A stretch of DNA of 64,000 nucleotides from Sphingomonadales bacterium (GTDB lineage Bacteria; Pseudomonadota; Alphaproteobacteria; Sphingomonadales; Sphingomonadaceae): contig JBBQVA010000003.1 in assembly GCA_038211945.1 (NCBI GenBank), positions 35,081 through 99,080 on the forward strand. The letters are read 5' to 3'. The notes beneath the pieces were generated by a model. The model was not told the origin of the DNA. It made no database searches and saw only the letters and a list, made by a program, of their open reading frames with translations. Made by a program: the position numbers and the translations under genes. This document shows, piece by piece, positions 1 through 10,126 of this stretch; the stretch's first letter is position 1; the number at the start of each line of letters is the position of its first letter.

Positions 1-26
1 TGCAGTGGATTCAGGCCCCTATCTCG

Positions 27-488
27 CTACGCGCTTTTCGGCCCGCGCGCCGCACTGATCGCCGCATTCGCCAACCCGTCGGCGCGTTCGTTATCGGGGT
101 CGCCCGAATGGCCTTTTACCCAACGCCAATCGATCTTGTGGACTTCCGCCGCCGTGCAGAGTGCCTGCCATAGCTCGACATTCTTGACCGGCTTGCCGTC
201 GGCGGTGCGCCAGCCCTTGCGGCGCCAGCCATGGACCCATTTGGTGATGCCATCCTTCACGTAGTTGCTGTCGGTCGACAGTATGACTTCGGCGGGTTTG
301 CTCAGCGCATTCAATGCCATGATGGCGGCGGTCAGTTCCATACGATTGTTGGTGGTATGTGCTTCGTAGCCTGACAATTCGCGTTCCTGTCCGTTGGCGG
401 CGCGCAAGATTGCACCCCAGCCGCCAATGCCCGGATTGCCCTTGCAGGCGCCGTCGGTGGCGATGATGACTTTTGGCAGCTCGCTCAT
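27..488 (-). CDS. rnhA: Ribonuclease HI
   Basis: [37 protein letters not shown] and NERAD motifs; ATG at 488 overlaps the thrB stop. Confidence 0.97.
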   Translation of the reverse strand: MSELPKVIIATDGACKGNPGIGGWGAILRAANGQERELSGYEAHTTNNRMELTAAIMALNALSKPAEVILSTDSNYVKDGITKWVHGWRRKGWRTADGKPVKNVELWQALCTAAEVHKIDWRWVKGHSGDPDNERADGLANAAISAARGPKSA

Positions 489-1444
489 CGCCCCAGCATC
501 TCGTCTGGTGTCGCCGCCAATGCCCATTCAAGGCGTCGCGCAAACGCCAGCGGATCCTTGCGCGTCACCAGCGCATCGGGCGGCGTATTGAGCCAGTCAT
601 ACGCCCGCGTCAGCAGGAAACGCAGCGACGCCCCCGCCGCCAGCACTGGCAGTGCTGCGACCTCGGCTTCGCTCAACCCATGGGTTCCGGCATAGCCTGC
701 CGCCAGCGCCGCCGCGCGGTCGGGGCGATAGTCACGCCCATCGGCGGAGAAGCACCACGCCGCATGGGTAACGGCATAATCATAGGCGCGCACCTCGGTG
801 CAGGCGAAATAGAAATCGATCAGCCCGGTGATGCGGCCATCAAGAAACAGGACGTTGTCACAGAACAGGTCGGTATGAACATTGGCCGACGGCAAATGGC
901 GCGGCCATGCGGCAGTGGCGGCAAGCGCCGCGTCGATCAGCGCTGGCAGCCCGGCGTCGACCTCCTTCAACCGGTCGCCACAACTTGCCGCCATCGCCGC
1001 CCAATTGTCGGGGCCGAGGTCATTGTGCCGGGTGCCTGTAAAGCCGACGGCGGCGTGATGCAGTCCGCCCATCGCTGCGCCTGCTGCCTGGCACTCGGCA
1101 AGCGAGGGCTCGGTAACCGAAACGCCGGGCGCAAAGTCGATCAGGCACGCCTGGCGGTCATTCAGCGACTGCAGCACTGTGCCCGAACGATCGGCGATCG
1201 GGTGTGGCACCGGCATGCCGCGATCGGCGAGATGGCCCATCAACGACAGGAAATATGGCAGTTCGGCGATTTCGGTACGGCTCTCGTACAATGTGAGGAA
1301 ATACCGCCGACATGTTGTTTCAATGAGGAAATTGCTGTTCTGTACCCCTTCAGCGATGCCCTTTAACATCGTCGGCTCGCCGAGGTCATAGCATTGGAGG
1401 AACACCGTCAGATCGTCTGCCGAAACCGGCGTGAAGACCGCCAT
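485..1444 (-). CDS. thrB: Homoserine kinase type II (APH fold)
   Basis: MAVFT start, [39 protein letters not shown]; ispH-thrB-rnhA synteny. Confidence 0.95.
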   Translation of the reverse strand: MAVFTPVSADDLTVFLQCYDLGEPTMLKGIAEGVQNSNFLIETTCRRYFLTLYESRTEIAELPYFLSLMGHLADRGMPVPHPIADRSGTVLQSLNDRQACLIDFAPGVSVTEPSLAECQAAGAAMGGLHHAAVGFTGTRHNDLGPDNWAAMAASCGDRLKEVDAGLPALIDAALAATAAWPRHLPSANVHTDLFCDNVLFLDGRITGLIDFYFACTEVRAYDYAVTHAAWCFSADGRDYRPDRAAALAAGYAGTHGLSEAEVAALPVLAAGASLRFLLTRAYDWLNTPPDALVTRKDPLAFARRLEWALAATPDEMLGR

Positions 1445-1456
1445 CAATCCCCCGGA

Positions 1457-2425
1457 TCAATCGACGACAAGGGCGCGCGGCAGTTTGAACACGACATCTT
1501 CGGTCGCGGTGCGAACGGCCTCAGTGGCGACGTTGAACCGCTCGCCGAGCAGGGCCAGCACTTCCTGCACCAGCACTTCGGGTGCCGAGGCTCCTGCCGT
1601 CAGCCCGAGCGTGTCGACACTGGTGAACCAGCCCCAGTTGATGTCGGCGGCGCGCTGGATGAGATAGGCTGCGGCCCCTTCGCGTTCGGCAACTTCGCGC
1701 AATCGCTGCGAATTGGAAGAGTTGGGCGCGCCGATAACCAGCACCAGGTCGCACGCCGGGGCGATCGCCTTGACCGCTGCCTGACGGTTGGAGGTGGCGT
1801 AGCAGATGTCCTCGCCCTTGGGCGCAAGGATCGCCGGGAAACGCCGCTGCAGCACCGCGACGATATCGGCGGTGTCATCGACCGACAGTGTCGTCTGGGT
1901 CAGGAACCCCAGCCGCTCAGGATCGGCGGCCCGCACGGCTTCGGCATCGGCAACGGTTTCAATCAGCGTCATGCGGCCATCGTCCACCTGGCCGAAGGTG
2001 CCGATGACTTCTGGATGCCCGGCATGACCGACGAACAGGATGTGGCGACCCTGTTCGACCAGTCGTTCGGCCTGACGGTGGACCTTCGACACCAGCGGAC
2101 AGGTCGCATCGAGGAAGTTCATGCCGCGCGCCGCCGCCGCCGCCGGGACCGCCTTTGGCACGCCATGGGCGGAGAATACCACCGGCACGCCTTCGGGGAC
2201 TTCGTCGAGTTCCTCGACGAAAATCGCCCCCTTGGCCTTCAGCGTGTCGACGACGAAGCGATTGTGGACGATTTCATGCCGGACATAAACGGGTGCACCC
2301 CAGCGTTCCAGCGCCAGTTCGACAATGTGGATGGCGCGGTCGACCCCGGCGCAAAACCCGCGCGGCGCCGCGATAAGCACGCGCAGCAGGGGCTTGTCAC
2401 CGGGTGGGAAGGCAGGAGCGGTCAT
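1457..2425 (-). CDS. ispH: 4-hydroxy-3-methylbut-2-enyl diphosphate reductase
   Basis: [38 protein letters not shown] motifs. Confidence 0.97.
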   Translation of the reverse strand: MTAPAFPPGDKPLLRVLIAAPRGFCAGVDRAIHIVELALERWGAPVYVRHEIVHNRFVVDTLKAKGAIFVEELDEVPEGVPVVFSAHGVPKAVPAAAAARGMNFLDATCPLVSKVHRQAERLVEQGRHILFVGHAGHPEVIGTFGQVDDGRMTLIETVADAEAVRAADPERLGFLTQTTLSVDDTADIVAVLQRRFPAILAPKGEDICYATSNRQAAVKAIAPACDLVLVIGAPNSSNSQRLREVAEREGAAAYLIQRAADINWGWFTSVDTLGLTAGASAPEVLVQEVLALLGERFNVATEAVRTATEDVVFKLPRALVVD

Positions 2426-2497
2426 GCACTGGTTCCTAGGCGATTGCCGGGAGCGGCGCTACTCCCTCCGCCATGGCCGCTGCTGCACGGTCGCTTG

Positions 2498-3469
2498 TTA
2501 TAGGTTCCCGGTCGTGGTGCTTTGCCGATCGCGCCGCAATTGGGTGCCGACCAGTCCGAAGCCAACAATCAGCAATGCCCAGCTCGCGGGTTCGGGCACG
2601 GTGCCGATTCCGGTGATATGGGCGACCTCGCGAAAGATCGCCGCCTGAATCGGTGCGATGGGGTGGACGCCGTCGACCGAGAAAAAGCCGCTGCAATCGG
2701 CTGTTGCAGGCGGCGTCAGATGGTCGAAACAACCGTCGCTGGGCGCATGGGTGAAGGGTGCCACGCCAAAGGCTGCCGGGTTGGCCTGTAGCCGCTGGAA
2801 AAAGTTCAGATAGCTGAAACGCTCAAGCGTGGCATTGGTTAGCCCCGGCTGGATGGCGTCGAGCTTGGCCTGAACCAGCGCATCGACGGCAAAACCGGTG
2901 GCGTCGGCGTTGGGAATGCCGGTGACCAGGATGCGCGTCGCCCCCGCAGCGTCGAGAAATTGCACAGTCGACGCCAGCACATTGGTCAGCGCGGTTTTAT
3001 AGGCCGGAACCAACGCCGCCGGAAATAACGGGTTTTCCAGCGCGAAGACATCGTTGCCGCCAAGATTGATGATATAAAGCGCATTGGGATCAACGGTATG
3101 CCCGGCGCTATACAGCCCGACCTGTGCAGCGAGATCGGGAACTGGATCATTATTGGCGACATAGGTCGCGCCACCAAAGGCATAATTATTGCCGCCCGCG
3201 AGTGACGCCACTGACAGGTGTCCATAGAGCCGCTGATTGAGCAGATCGGTATAATCGGGCCCATTGGTGAACCGTCCCGGAAAATATCCGCGCGACGGAT
3301 TATTATAGACGTTGGTTGGGCCGAACCCGCCGGTCGCCAAAAACACGTTGCCAGCATCGACTAGGCTGTCGCCGAATACGATGATCTGATCGGGCTGGGC
3401 AGCCGCTGCCGGCGGTGCGAATGCTCCGGCGAGCAAAGCGGCGGTAATCAATGTGTTACGCAGCGACAT
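2498..3469 (-). CDS. Secreted SGNH/GDSL lipase-esterase with PEP-CTERM sorting signal
   Basis: Signal peptide, FGDSLVDAGN, GRFTNG, GGND, DGVHP; C-terminal VPEPASWALLIVGFGLVGTQLRR. Confidence 0.9.
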   Translation of the reverse strand: MSLRNTLITAALLAGAFAPPAAAAQPDQIIVFGDSLVDAGNVFLATGGFGPTNVYNNPSRGYFPGRFTNGPDYTDLLNQRLYGHLSVASLAGGNNYAFGGATYVANNDPVPDLAAQVGLYSAGHTVDPNALYIINLGGNDVFALENPLFPAALVPAYKTALTNVLASTVQFLDAAGATRILVTGIPNADATGFAVDALVQAKLDAIQPGLTNATLERFSYLNFFQRLQANPAAFGVAPFTHAPSDGCFDHLTPPATADCSGFFSVDGVHPIAPIQAAIFREVAHITGIGTVPEPASWALLIVGFGLVGTQLRRDRQSTTTGNL

Positions 3470-3626
3470 CGGACGGCTCCCCAAGGTTTTAATTGCCTTG
3501 GTTCATGGCGCAATCCTGCCAGCCTGACCACTAATCGAACGTAAATATCATGCAGATTTTTGGCAGGAGTTGCCCGCCCGGCTCGCGCTCCGTAAAGCGA
3601 GCCTCTGTTCCGAAAGGTAAAGCCCC

Positions 3627-4256
3627 GTGCGTTCCGTGCCGTTCATCGCCCCCGTTGCGCTCGCTGTAGCTGCGCTTGTTCTGACGAGCTGCGAAAAGAA
3701 CCCGCTGCTGGTCAAGCGTTCGGCCTGCCCGGCGGTGGCCGTCCCGACTTATGCCGGGGACGTGACGCTGTTCAATCCGCCGCTCAGTCGCGACGCCAGC
3801 GCCGTCGACGTGGTCGCGACGATCACCAACGTTCGCGAAAATTGCATCGAGAATGCAAGCACATATGCCAGCGATGTCAGCTATGATGTGCTCGCCCGCC
3901 GGACCTCGTCGATCGGCGCCCGCACGGTGGCGCTGCCGGTGTTCGCCAGCGTCGTGCAGGGCGGCAACCTGATCGTCTCCAAGCAGATCGGTCAGGTCGT
4001 TATCGCCTTCACCGACGGCCAGTTGCGCGCCACAGGCCACAGCGGCGCGCGCGCCAACATCAGCCGCGCCGCCTCGCAGGTTCCACCTGCCATCCAGGAC
4101 CGCATCAGCCGCGTCCGCAAAGCCGGTGACCTCGACGCCGCCATCGATCCGCTCGCCGATCCGACGGTCAAGGCAGCGGTGCGCGCGGCGACGTTCGAAG
4201 TGCTGGTGGGGTTTCAGCTCGATGACGCGGCGCTGGCGTATAATGTGACGAAATAG
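3627..4256 (+). CDS. Hypothetical lipoprotein
   Basis: Lipobox LTSC, CPAVAVP motif, typical codon usage. Confidence 0.8.
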   Translation: MRSVPFIAPVALAVAALVLTSCEKNPLLVKRSACPAVAVPTYAGDVTLFNPPLSRDASAVDVVATITNVRENCIENASTYASDVSYDVLARRTSSIGARTVALPVFASVVQGGNLIVSKQIGQVVIAFTDGQLRATGHSGARANISRAASQVPPAIQDRISRVRKAGDLDAAIDPLADPTVKAAVRAATFEVLVGFQLDDAALAYNVTK

Positions 4257-4321
4257 GCCGCAGGCGTCGATTGACTCCGTCGCTGCACTGCCGCAAACCT
4301 TGATCCGTCGCCGGGAGGGCC

Positions 4322-4530
4322 CGGCGTTCGCGCGGGAGAGTGTGGGGCGAAAGCTCCACCGCCGAAGGAGCAAGCCGCCCCCGGAATCTCTCAGGCACCA
4401 GGACCGCGCGGGCGCATCAGCGACGATCTGGAAAGAGGGCGGGGCCGTCAGGCGCTCGCTCCGCCGAAGGGGTAAGCCGGGGCGTTTGCGCCGGTCAAAG
4501 CTCTCAGGTTCAAGGTGACAGACGGGGGTG
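4322..4530 (+). promoter_or_regulatory. Tandem glycine riboswitch
   Basis: Two aptamers, GGGAGAG..CGCCGAAGGAGCAA..CTCTCAGG and GGAAAGAG..CGCCGAAGG..CTCTCAGG, directly upstream of gcvT. Confidence 0.93.
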
Positions 4531-4579
4531 TTAGGCGGCGGGGCTTTCCCGACGCTGACACGCTGTTGCCGGGACCATC

Positions 4580-5671
4580 ATGGCCGATACCGACCAACCC
4601 GCCGAATTGCTGCCCTTGGACAGCCTGCACCGCGAACTCGGCGCGCGAATGGTGCCGTTCGCCGGTTACGCCATGCCGATCCAGTACGAAGGCATCATCG
4701 CCGAACATCTGTGGACGCGGTCCAGCGCCGGGCTGTTCGACGTGTCGCACATGGGCCAGCTGCTGCTGCCGCTCGACGCCGATATCGCACTGGAAACACT
4801 GCTGCCGGGTGACATCACCGGACTGAAGACCGGCGTATTGCGTTACTCGCTACTGCTGAACGGCCAGGGCGGCATCCTCGACGATCTGATGGTGACGCGC
4901 CGCGCCGACGATCTTTACCTGGTCGTCAATGGCGCGGTGAAGCATGGCGACATGGCGGTGCTGCGCGCCGCCGGGCTGGCGGTCGATTACCGCGAGGACT
5001 GGGCGCTGCTGGCGGTGCAGGGGCCAAAGGCGGTCGATGCGCTCGAGCGCTTGGTGCCCGGCGTTGCGGCGCTCAGCTTCATGCGCTCCGCCCGGTTCGA
5101 CTGGCAGGGCGAACCGCTGTGGGTCAGCCGGTCGGGCTATACCGGGGAGGACGGCTTTGAAGTCTCCCTCCCCGCCGCCAGTGCCGAAGCCTTTGCGCGC
5201 GCGCTGCTCGCCCAGCCGGAGGTCAAGCCGATCGGCCTGGGTGCACGCGATTCGCTGCGGCTGGAGGCGGGGCTGCCGCTCTATGGGCACGATCTTGGAC
5301 CGGAGACGACACCGGTCGCCGCTGGCCTCAGCTTTGCCATTTCCAAACGCCGCAAGGCGGAGGGCGGCTTCCCCGGCGCGGCGATTGTGCTCGATGAACT
5401 GCTGAATGGCCCCGCCGAAAAGCGCGTAGGCCTGCGCATCGACGGCAAACTGCCCGTCCGCGAGGGGGCCGCAGTGCTGGCGGGCGACACCGTCATCGGG
5501 CGCGTCATTTCGGGCGGCTTTGCGCCGTCGGTCGGCGCACCGATTGCCATGGCGTATGTCGAGGCTGCCCATGCCGCCGACGGCACCGCGCTCGAGGTCG
5601 AAGTGCGCGGCAAACGCCTTGCCGCAACCGTCGCACCGATGCCGTTCATCCAGAAAAACTACGTCCGCTAG
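4580..5671 (+). CDS. gcvT: Glycine cleavage aminomethyltransferase T
   Basis: FAGYAMPIQY, LFDVSHMGQ, SRSGYTGEDGFE, GLGARDSLRLEAG. Confidence 0.97.
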   Translation: MADTDQPAELLPLDSLHRELGARMVPFAGYAMPIQYEGIIAEHLWTRSSAGLFDVSHMGQLLLPLDADIALETLLPGDITGLKTGVLRYSLLLNGQGGILDDLMVTRRADDLYLVVNGAVKHGDMAVLRAAGLAVDYREDWALLAVQGPKAVDALERLVPGVAALSFMRSARFDWQGEPLWVSRSGYTGEDGFEVSLPAASAEAFARALLAQPEVKPIGLGARDSLRLEAGLPLYGHDLGPETTPVAAGLSFAISKRRKAEGGFPGAAIVLDELLNGPAEKRVGLRIDGKLPVREGAAVLAGDTVIGRVISGGFAPSVGAPIAMAYVEAAHAADGTALEVEVRGKRLAATVAPMPFIQKNYVR

Positions 5672-5683
5672 GGAGCCCGATCC

Positions 5684-6055
5684 ATGACCCTCTATTTCAC
5701 CAAGGACCATGAATGGCTGTCGGTCGACGGCGGCACCGCGACCGTCGGCGTCACCGATTACGCGCAAAGCGCGCTCGGCGATGTGGTGTTCGTCGAACTG
5801 CCCGCCGCCGGGGCGACCGTCACCAAGGGCAAGGAGGCGGCGGTGGTCGAATCGGTCAAGGCGGCGTCGGACGTCTATTCGCCGGTCAGCGGCACGGTGA
5901 CCGAGGCCAATGCCGCGCTTGAGGAAGACCCGGCGCTGGTCAACACCTCCCCCGAAGCCAACGGCTGGTTCTTCAAACTGACGCTGAGCGACGCGGGTGA
6001 ACTGGACGGGTTGATGGACGAGGGCGCGTACAAGGCGTTCGTGGCCACGCTGTGA
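5684..6055 (+). CDS. gcvH: Glycine cleavage H protein
   Basis: FTKDHEW, lipoyl motif [13 protein letters not shown]. Confidence 0.97.
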   Translation: MTLYFTKDHEWLSVDGGTATVGVTDYAQSALGDVVFVELPAAGATVTKGKEAAVVESVKAASDVYSPVSGTVTEANAALEEDPALVNTSPEANGWFFKLTLSDAGELDGLMDEGAYKAFVATL

Positions 6056-6822
6056 CCGCCGCCGTCCCCACCCACGCCTGGAACCCCGATCTCTATGCCG
6101 CCCACGCCGGGTTCGTCCCCGCGCTCGGCAATGCAGTGCTGGAATTGCTCGCCCCGCAGCCGGGTGAGCGCATCCTCGATATCGGCTGTGGCGACGGTGT
6201 GCTGACCGAAAAGCTGGTCGCCGCCGGAGCCGAGGTCATCGGCATCGACGCCGATCCGGCAATGGTCGCAGCGGCCAAGGAAAAGGGCCTCGACGCGCGA
6301 AAGATGGACGCCCGCGCGCTGCCGTTCGATGGCGAGTTCGACGCAGTGTTCAGCAACGCCACGCTGCACTGGGTCGGCGCGCCAACGGTGGTTACGGCGG
6401 GCGTACTGAAGGCGCTGAAACCCGGCGGGCGCTACGTCGGCGAATTCGGCGGCTTCGGCAACATCGCCGCCATCCGCGTCGCGCTGCGGGCAGTGCTGGC
6501 AGCGCGCGGCTTCCGCCTGCCGAACGATGAAACCAGCTACTACCCGACCGCCGAGGCGTTCCGCGCGGTACTGGAGGCAGGCGGCTTTACAGTGTCGGAA
6601 TGCCGCATCATCCCGCGCCAGACACCGCTGCCAACGGGCATGAGCGCCTGGCTCAACACGTTTCGTGGCGGCTTCATCGATAGCGCCGGGGTGCCGCCGG
6701 AGAAGCGCGGGCAGATCATCGAGGACGTCCGAGCGTTGCTCCGCCCGGTGCTGGCTGACGAGGCGGGCAACTGGATGGCTGACTATGTGCGCATCCGGTT
6801 CGCGGCGCGGAAAGCAACATGA
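6052..6822 (+). CDS. Class I SAM-dependent methyltransferase (Tam-like)
   Basis: [26 protein letters not shown]; GTGA overlap with gcvH. Confidence 0.9.
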   Translation: MTAAVPTHAWNPDLYAAHAGFVPALGNAVLELLAPQPGERILDIGCGDGVLTEKLVAAGAEVIGIDADPAMVAAAKEKGLDARKMDARALPFDGEFDAVFSNATLHWVGAPTVVTAGVLKALKPGGRYVGEFGGFGNIAAIRVALRAVLAARGFRLPNDETSYYPTAEAFRAVLEAGGFTVSECRIIPRQTPLPTGMSAWLNTFRGGFIDSAGVPPEKRGQIIEDVRALLRPVLADEAGNWMADYVRIRFAARKAT

Positions 6823-7211
6823 AAGCGATGCTGGCGCTTGCGGCTATTAGTTTTTCGGCGGTACCGGCGGATGCCGTCCCGCTGACTGTGCCTCAGCTTA
6901 TGGCGCGGCATCGTGAGTTCGCCGGTAAGACTGTCGAAGTGTACGGCTACATGAACGAGTGCCGCCGCCTCATGTGCGGCCTCTTTGATATTGATGACGC
7001 CGAACTGATTGGTCAGGGTATCTCGATCGGTCGGGGTTCGCAGCGAGTAGAAACCGAATTGGCGAGCGTTGATGAGGCATGGGTCGTACTTAGGGTTAAG
7101 GTAACGACGGCATGTTGGTCGCCTAACACGACTTGCAGGCCCCGTGCCCCACAGGTGGTCCCACTTCACGTTCGTCGCATTTCGCCTCCCGCAAGTCGTG
7201 GAATCAATTAG
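6819..7211 (+). CDS. Small exported hypothetical protein with 4 Cys
   Basis: Signal peptide; ATGA overlap with the upstream gene; fills the gap to gcvPA. Confidence 0.65.
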   Translation: MKAMLALAAISFSAVPADAVPLTVPQLMARHREFAGKTVEVYGYMNECRRLMCGLFDIDDAELIGQGISIGRGSQRVETELASVDEAWVVLRVKVTTACWSPNTTCRPRAPQVVPLHVRRISPPASRGIN

Positions 7212-7213
7212 TT

Positions 7214-8584
7214 ATGCGTTACCTCCCCCTCACCCCCGCCGACCGGACGGAGATGCTCGCCACCATCGGCGCGCCGGGCATCGACGCACTGTTCGCCGAT
7301 GTCCCCGAGGCGGCGCGGCTGACCGGTCCGATCGCGGGCCTGCCCGACCACGCCCCGGAAATGCACGTCGAACGGCTGCTCGGCGCGATGGCGGCCAAAA
7401 ACCTCACCGCTGGCACTGTGCCGTTCTTCGTCGGATGCGGGGCCTACAAGCACCACGTCCCGGCCAGCGTCGATCACCTGATCCAGCGCGGCGAGTTCCT
7501 GACCAGCTATACGCCCTATCAGCCCGAAATCGCGCAGGGCACCCTGCAGGTGCTGTTCGAATTCCAGTCGCAGGTGGCGCGGCTGACGGGCATGGAGGTC
7601 GCCAACGCCTCCATGTACGACGGCTCGACGGCGATGACCGAGGCGGTGTTCATGGCGCGTCGCGTCACCCGCCGCGCCAAGGCGCTCGTGTCGGCGGGAG
7701 TGCATCCCCACTACGTCTCGGTGCTGAAGACACTAACGCGCTTCACCGACGATACGGTGGTGACCCACACCCCCGAACTGACCGACGGCGCACCGGGCGA
7801 CGACCTTGCCGCGCTGATCGCCGCCATCGACGGGGAGACCAGCTGCGTCATCGTCCAGAACCCCAACATCTTCGGCCATGTCGCCGATTTGGCGCCCCTT
7901 GCCGACGCCGCCCATGCCAAGGGCGCGCTGCTGATCGTCGTCGTCACCGAGGTCGTGTCGCTCGGGCTGGTCAGATCGCCGGGCGAAATGGGTGCCGATA
8001 TCGTCGTTGGCGAGGGCCAGAGCATCGGCAACGGGCTCAACTTTGGCGGCCCCTATCTCGGCCTGTTCGCCTGTCGTGAAAAACACGTCCGCCAGATGCC
8101 GGGGCGGCTGTGCGGGGAGACCGTCGACGCCGATGGCAAGCGCGGCTTCGTGCTGACGCTGTCGACGCGCGAACAGCATATCCGCCGCGAAAAGGCGACG
8201 TCGAACATCTGCACCAATTCAGGGCTTTGCGCGCTGGCGTTCAGCATTCACATGACGTTGCTGGGTGAAAAAGGCCTGCGCCATCTCGCTGAACTCAACC
8301 ACGCCCGAGCGGTGCAGCTGGCGGAACGGCTCGACCGCATCCCCGGCGTAGAGGTGGTGACCAAGACCTTCTTTAACGAATTCACCCTGCGGCTGAAATC
8401 GGAAGCGCGGCCGCTTCTGCGCGAGCTGACGCGGCGCGGTGTGCTGGGCGGCGTCTCGCTGGGGCGGCTGTATCCGGGTGTACACAGCCTGGAACGCGGG
8501 CTGGTCGTCGCCGTCACCGAATGCGCGACCGATGCCGATTTCGACGCGCTTGAAGATGCTTTCGACGAGGTGCCGGGATGGTGA
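7214..8584 (+). CDS. gcvPA: Glycine dehydrogenase subunit 1
   Basis: MRYLP start, [39 protein letters not shown]. Confidence 0.97.
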   Translation: MRYLPLTPADRTEMLATIGAPGIDALFADVPEAARLTGPIAGLPDHAPEMHVERLLGAMAAKNLTAGTVPFFVGCGAYKHHVPASVDHLIQRGEFLTSYTPYQPEIAQGTLQVLFEFQSQVARLTGMEVANASMYDGSTAMTEAVFMARRVTRRAKALVSAGVHPHYVSVLKTLTRFTDDTVVTHTPELTDGAPGDDLAALIAAIDGETSCVIVQNPNIFGHVADLAPLADAAHAKGALLIVVVTEVVSLGLVRSPGEMGADIVVGEGQSIGNGLNFGGPYLGLFACREKHVRQMPGRLCGETVDADGKRGFVLTLSTREQHIRREKATSNICTNSGLCALAFSIHMTLLGEKGLRHLAELNHARAVQLAERLDRIPGVEVVTKTFFNEFTLRLKSEARPLLRELTRRGVLGGVSLGRLYPGVHSLERGLVVAVTECATDADFDALEDAFDEVPGW

Positions 8585-10125
8585 TGGGTCACGCACGAGC
8601 GAGTGCACCGACCAGCGGGAAGGCGGTCGACACGCCGACCTACACCGGAAACCGCGCGCTGATGCTCGAGGAGCCGCTGCTGTTCGAACGCGGCGCAGTG
8701 GATAGGTGCGGCGTCGACCTGCCGCCGGTGCCCGCCGTCGCCAGCCGCCTCGCCAGCCTCGCCCGCACCGCGCCCATCGGCCTGCCCGGCCTGTCGGAGC
8801 CCGAGACGGTGCGCCACTACACGCGCCTCAGCCGCCAGAATTACGCCATCGACATGGGCATCTTCCCGCTCGGCAGCTGCACGATGAAGCACAATCCGCG
8901 GCTCAATGAGAAGATGGCGCGGCTGCCGGGGTTCGCCGATATCCACCCGCTGCAGCCGCAGGCCAGCGTGCAGGGTGCGCTCGAACTGATCGACGTGCTG
9001 GCGGGGTGGCTGCTCAGGCTGACCGGCATGCCCGCCGTCGCCATGTCGCCCAAGGCCGGCGCGCACGGTGAATTGTGCGGGATGCTGGCGATCCGGGCGG
9101 CGCTCGATGCGCGTGGCGACGAACGCCGCGTCGTGTTGGTGCCGGAATCGGCGCACGGCACCAACCCGGCGACGGCGGCCTTCTGCGGCTTCACCGTCGA
9201 GAATATCCCCGCCGATGCGCGCGGCCGCGTCGATCTGGCCGCGCTCAACGCCCGGCTCGGTCCCGACGTGGCAGCGGTGATGATCACCAACCCCAACACC
9301 TGCGGGCTGTTCGAGCCCGACATGGTGACGATCTGTGCGGCGGTCCATGCGGCGGGGGGCTTTGTCTATTGCGACGGCGCGAACTTCAACGCCATCGTCG
9401 GCCGCGTCCGCCCCGGCGACCTCGGCATCGACGCCATGCACATCAACCTCCACAAGACCTTCAGCACGCCGCACGGCGGCGGCGGGCCGGGCAGCGGGCC
9501 AGTCGTGTTCAGCGCCGCACTCGCCCCGTTCGCGCCGCTGCCGTTCGTCCGCAAGACCGGATCGGGCTATGAACTGGTCGAGGAAATGCAGGCCAGCGCC
9601 AGCCGCGACCATGACCAGAGCTTTGGCCGCATGGTGGCGTTCCACGGCCAGATGGGCATGTTCGTCCGCGCGCTAGCCTATATGATGAGCCATGGTGCCG
9701 ATGGCCTGCGGCAGGTCGCCGAGGACGCCGTACTCAACGCCAATTACATCCTCGCGTCGCTCAAGGACGTCTATACCGCGCCCTTCGCCGCGACCGGGCC
9801 GTGCATGCACGAGGCGCTGTTTTCCGACGATTTCCTCGACGGCACCGGGCTGACGACGCTCGACCTCGCCAAGGCGATGATCGACGAGGGCTTCCACCCC
9901 ATGACGATGTATTTCCCGCTGGTCGTCCATGGCGCGATGCTGGTCGAACCGACCGAAACCGAAAGCAAAGCCTCGCTCGACCAGCTCATCGGCGCACTGC
10001 GCTCGCTGGCCGAGCGGATGGTCGCCGACCCCGACGCCTTCCGCACCGCGCCGCATTATGCGCCACGGCGGCGGCTGGACGAGACGGCAGCGGCGCGGAA
10101 GCCGGTGCTGAGCTGGGCAGGGTAG
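8584..10125 (+). CDS. gcvPB: Glycine dehydrogenase subunit 2
   Basis: PLGSCTMKHNP, SAHGTNPAT, PLP lysine in HINLHKTFSTPHGGGGPG; TGATG coupling. Confidence 0.97.
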   Translation: MGHARASAPTSGKAVDTPTYTGNRALMLEEPLLFERGAVDRCGVDLPPVPAVASRLASLARTAPIGLPGLSEPETVRHYTRLSRQNYAIDMGIFPLGSCTMKHNPRLNEKMARLPGFADIHPLQPQASVQGALELIDVLAGWLLRLTGMPAVAMSPKAGAHGELCGMLAIRAALDARGDERRVVLVPESAHGTNPATAAFCGFTVENIPADARGRVDLAALNARLGPDVAAVMITNPNTCGLFEPDMVTICAAVHAAGGFVYCDGANFNAIVGRVRPGDLGIDAMHINLHKTFSTPHGGGGPGSGPVVFSAALAPFAPLPFVRKTGSGYELVEEMQASASRDHDQSFGRMVAFHGQMGMFVRALAYMMSHGADGLRQVAEDAVLNANYILASLKDVYTAPFAATGPCMHEALFSDDFLDGTGLTTLDLAKAMIDEGFHPMTMYFPLVVHGAMLVEPTETESKASLDQLIGALRSLAERMVADPDAFRTAPHYAPRRRLDETAAARKPVLSWAG

Positions 10126-10126
10126 G

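Noticed and set aside
3485-3530. Sigma54 promoter for the GDSL PEP-CTERM gene (TGGCAGGATTGCGC)
   Set aside because: GG-to-GC spacing does not fit -24/-12
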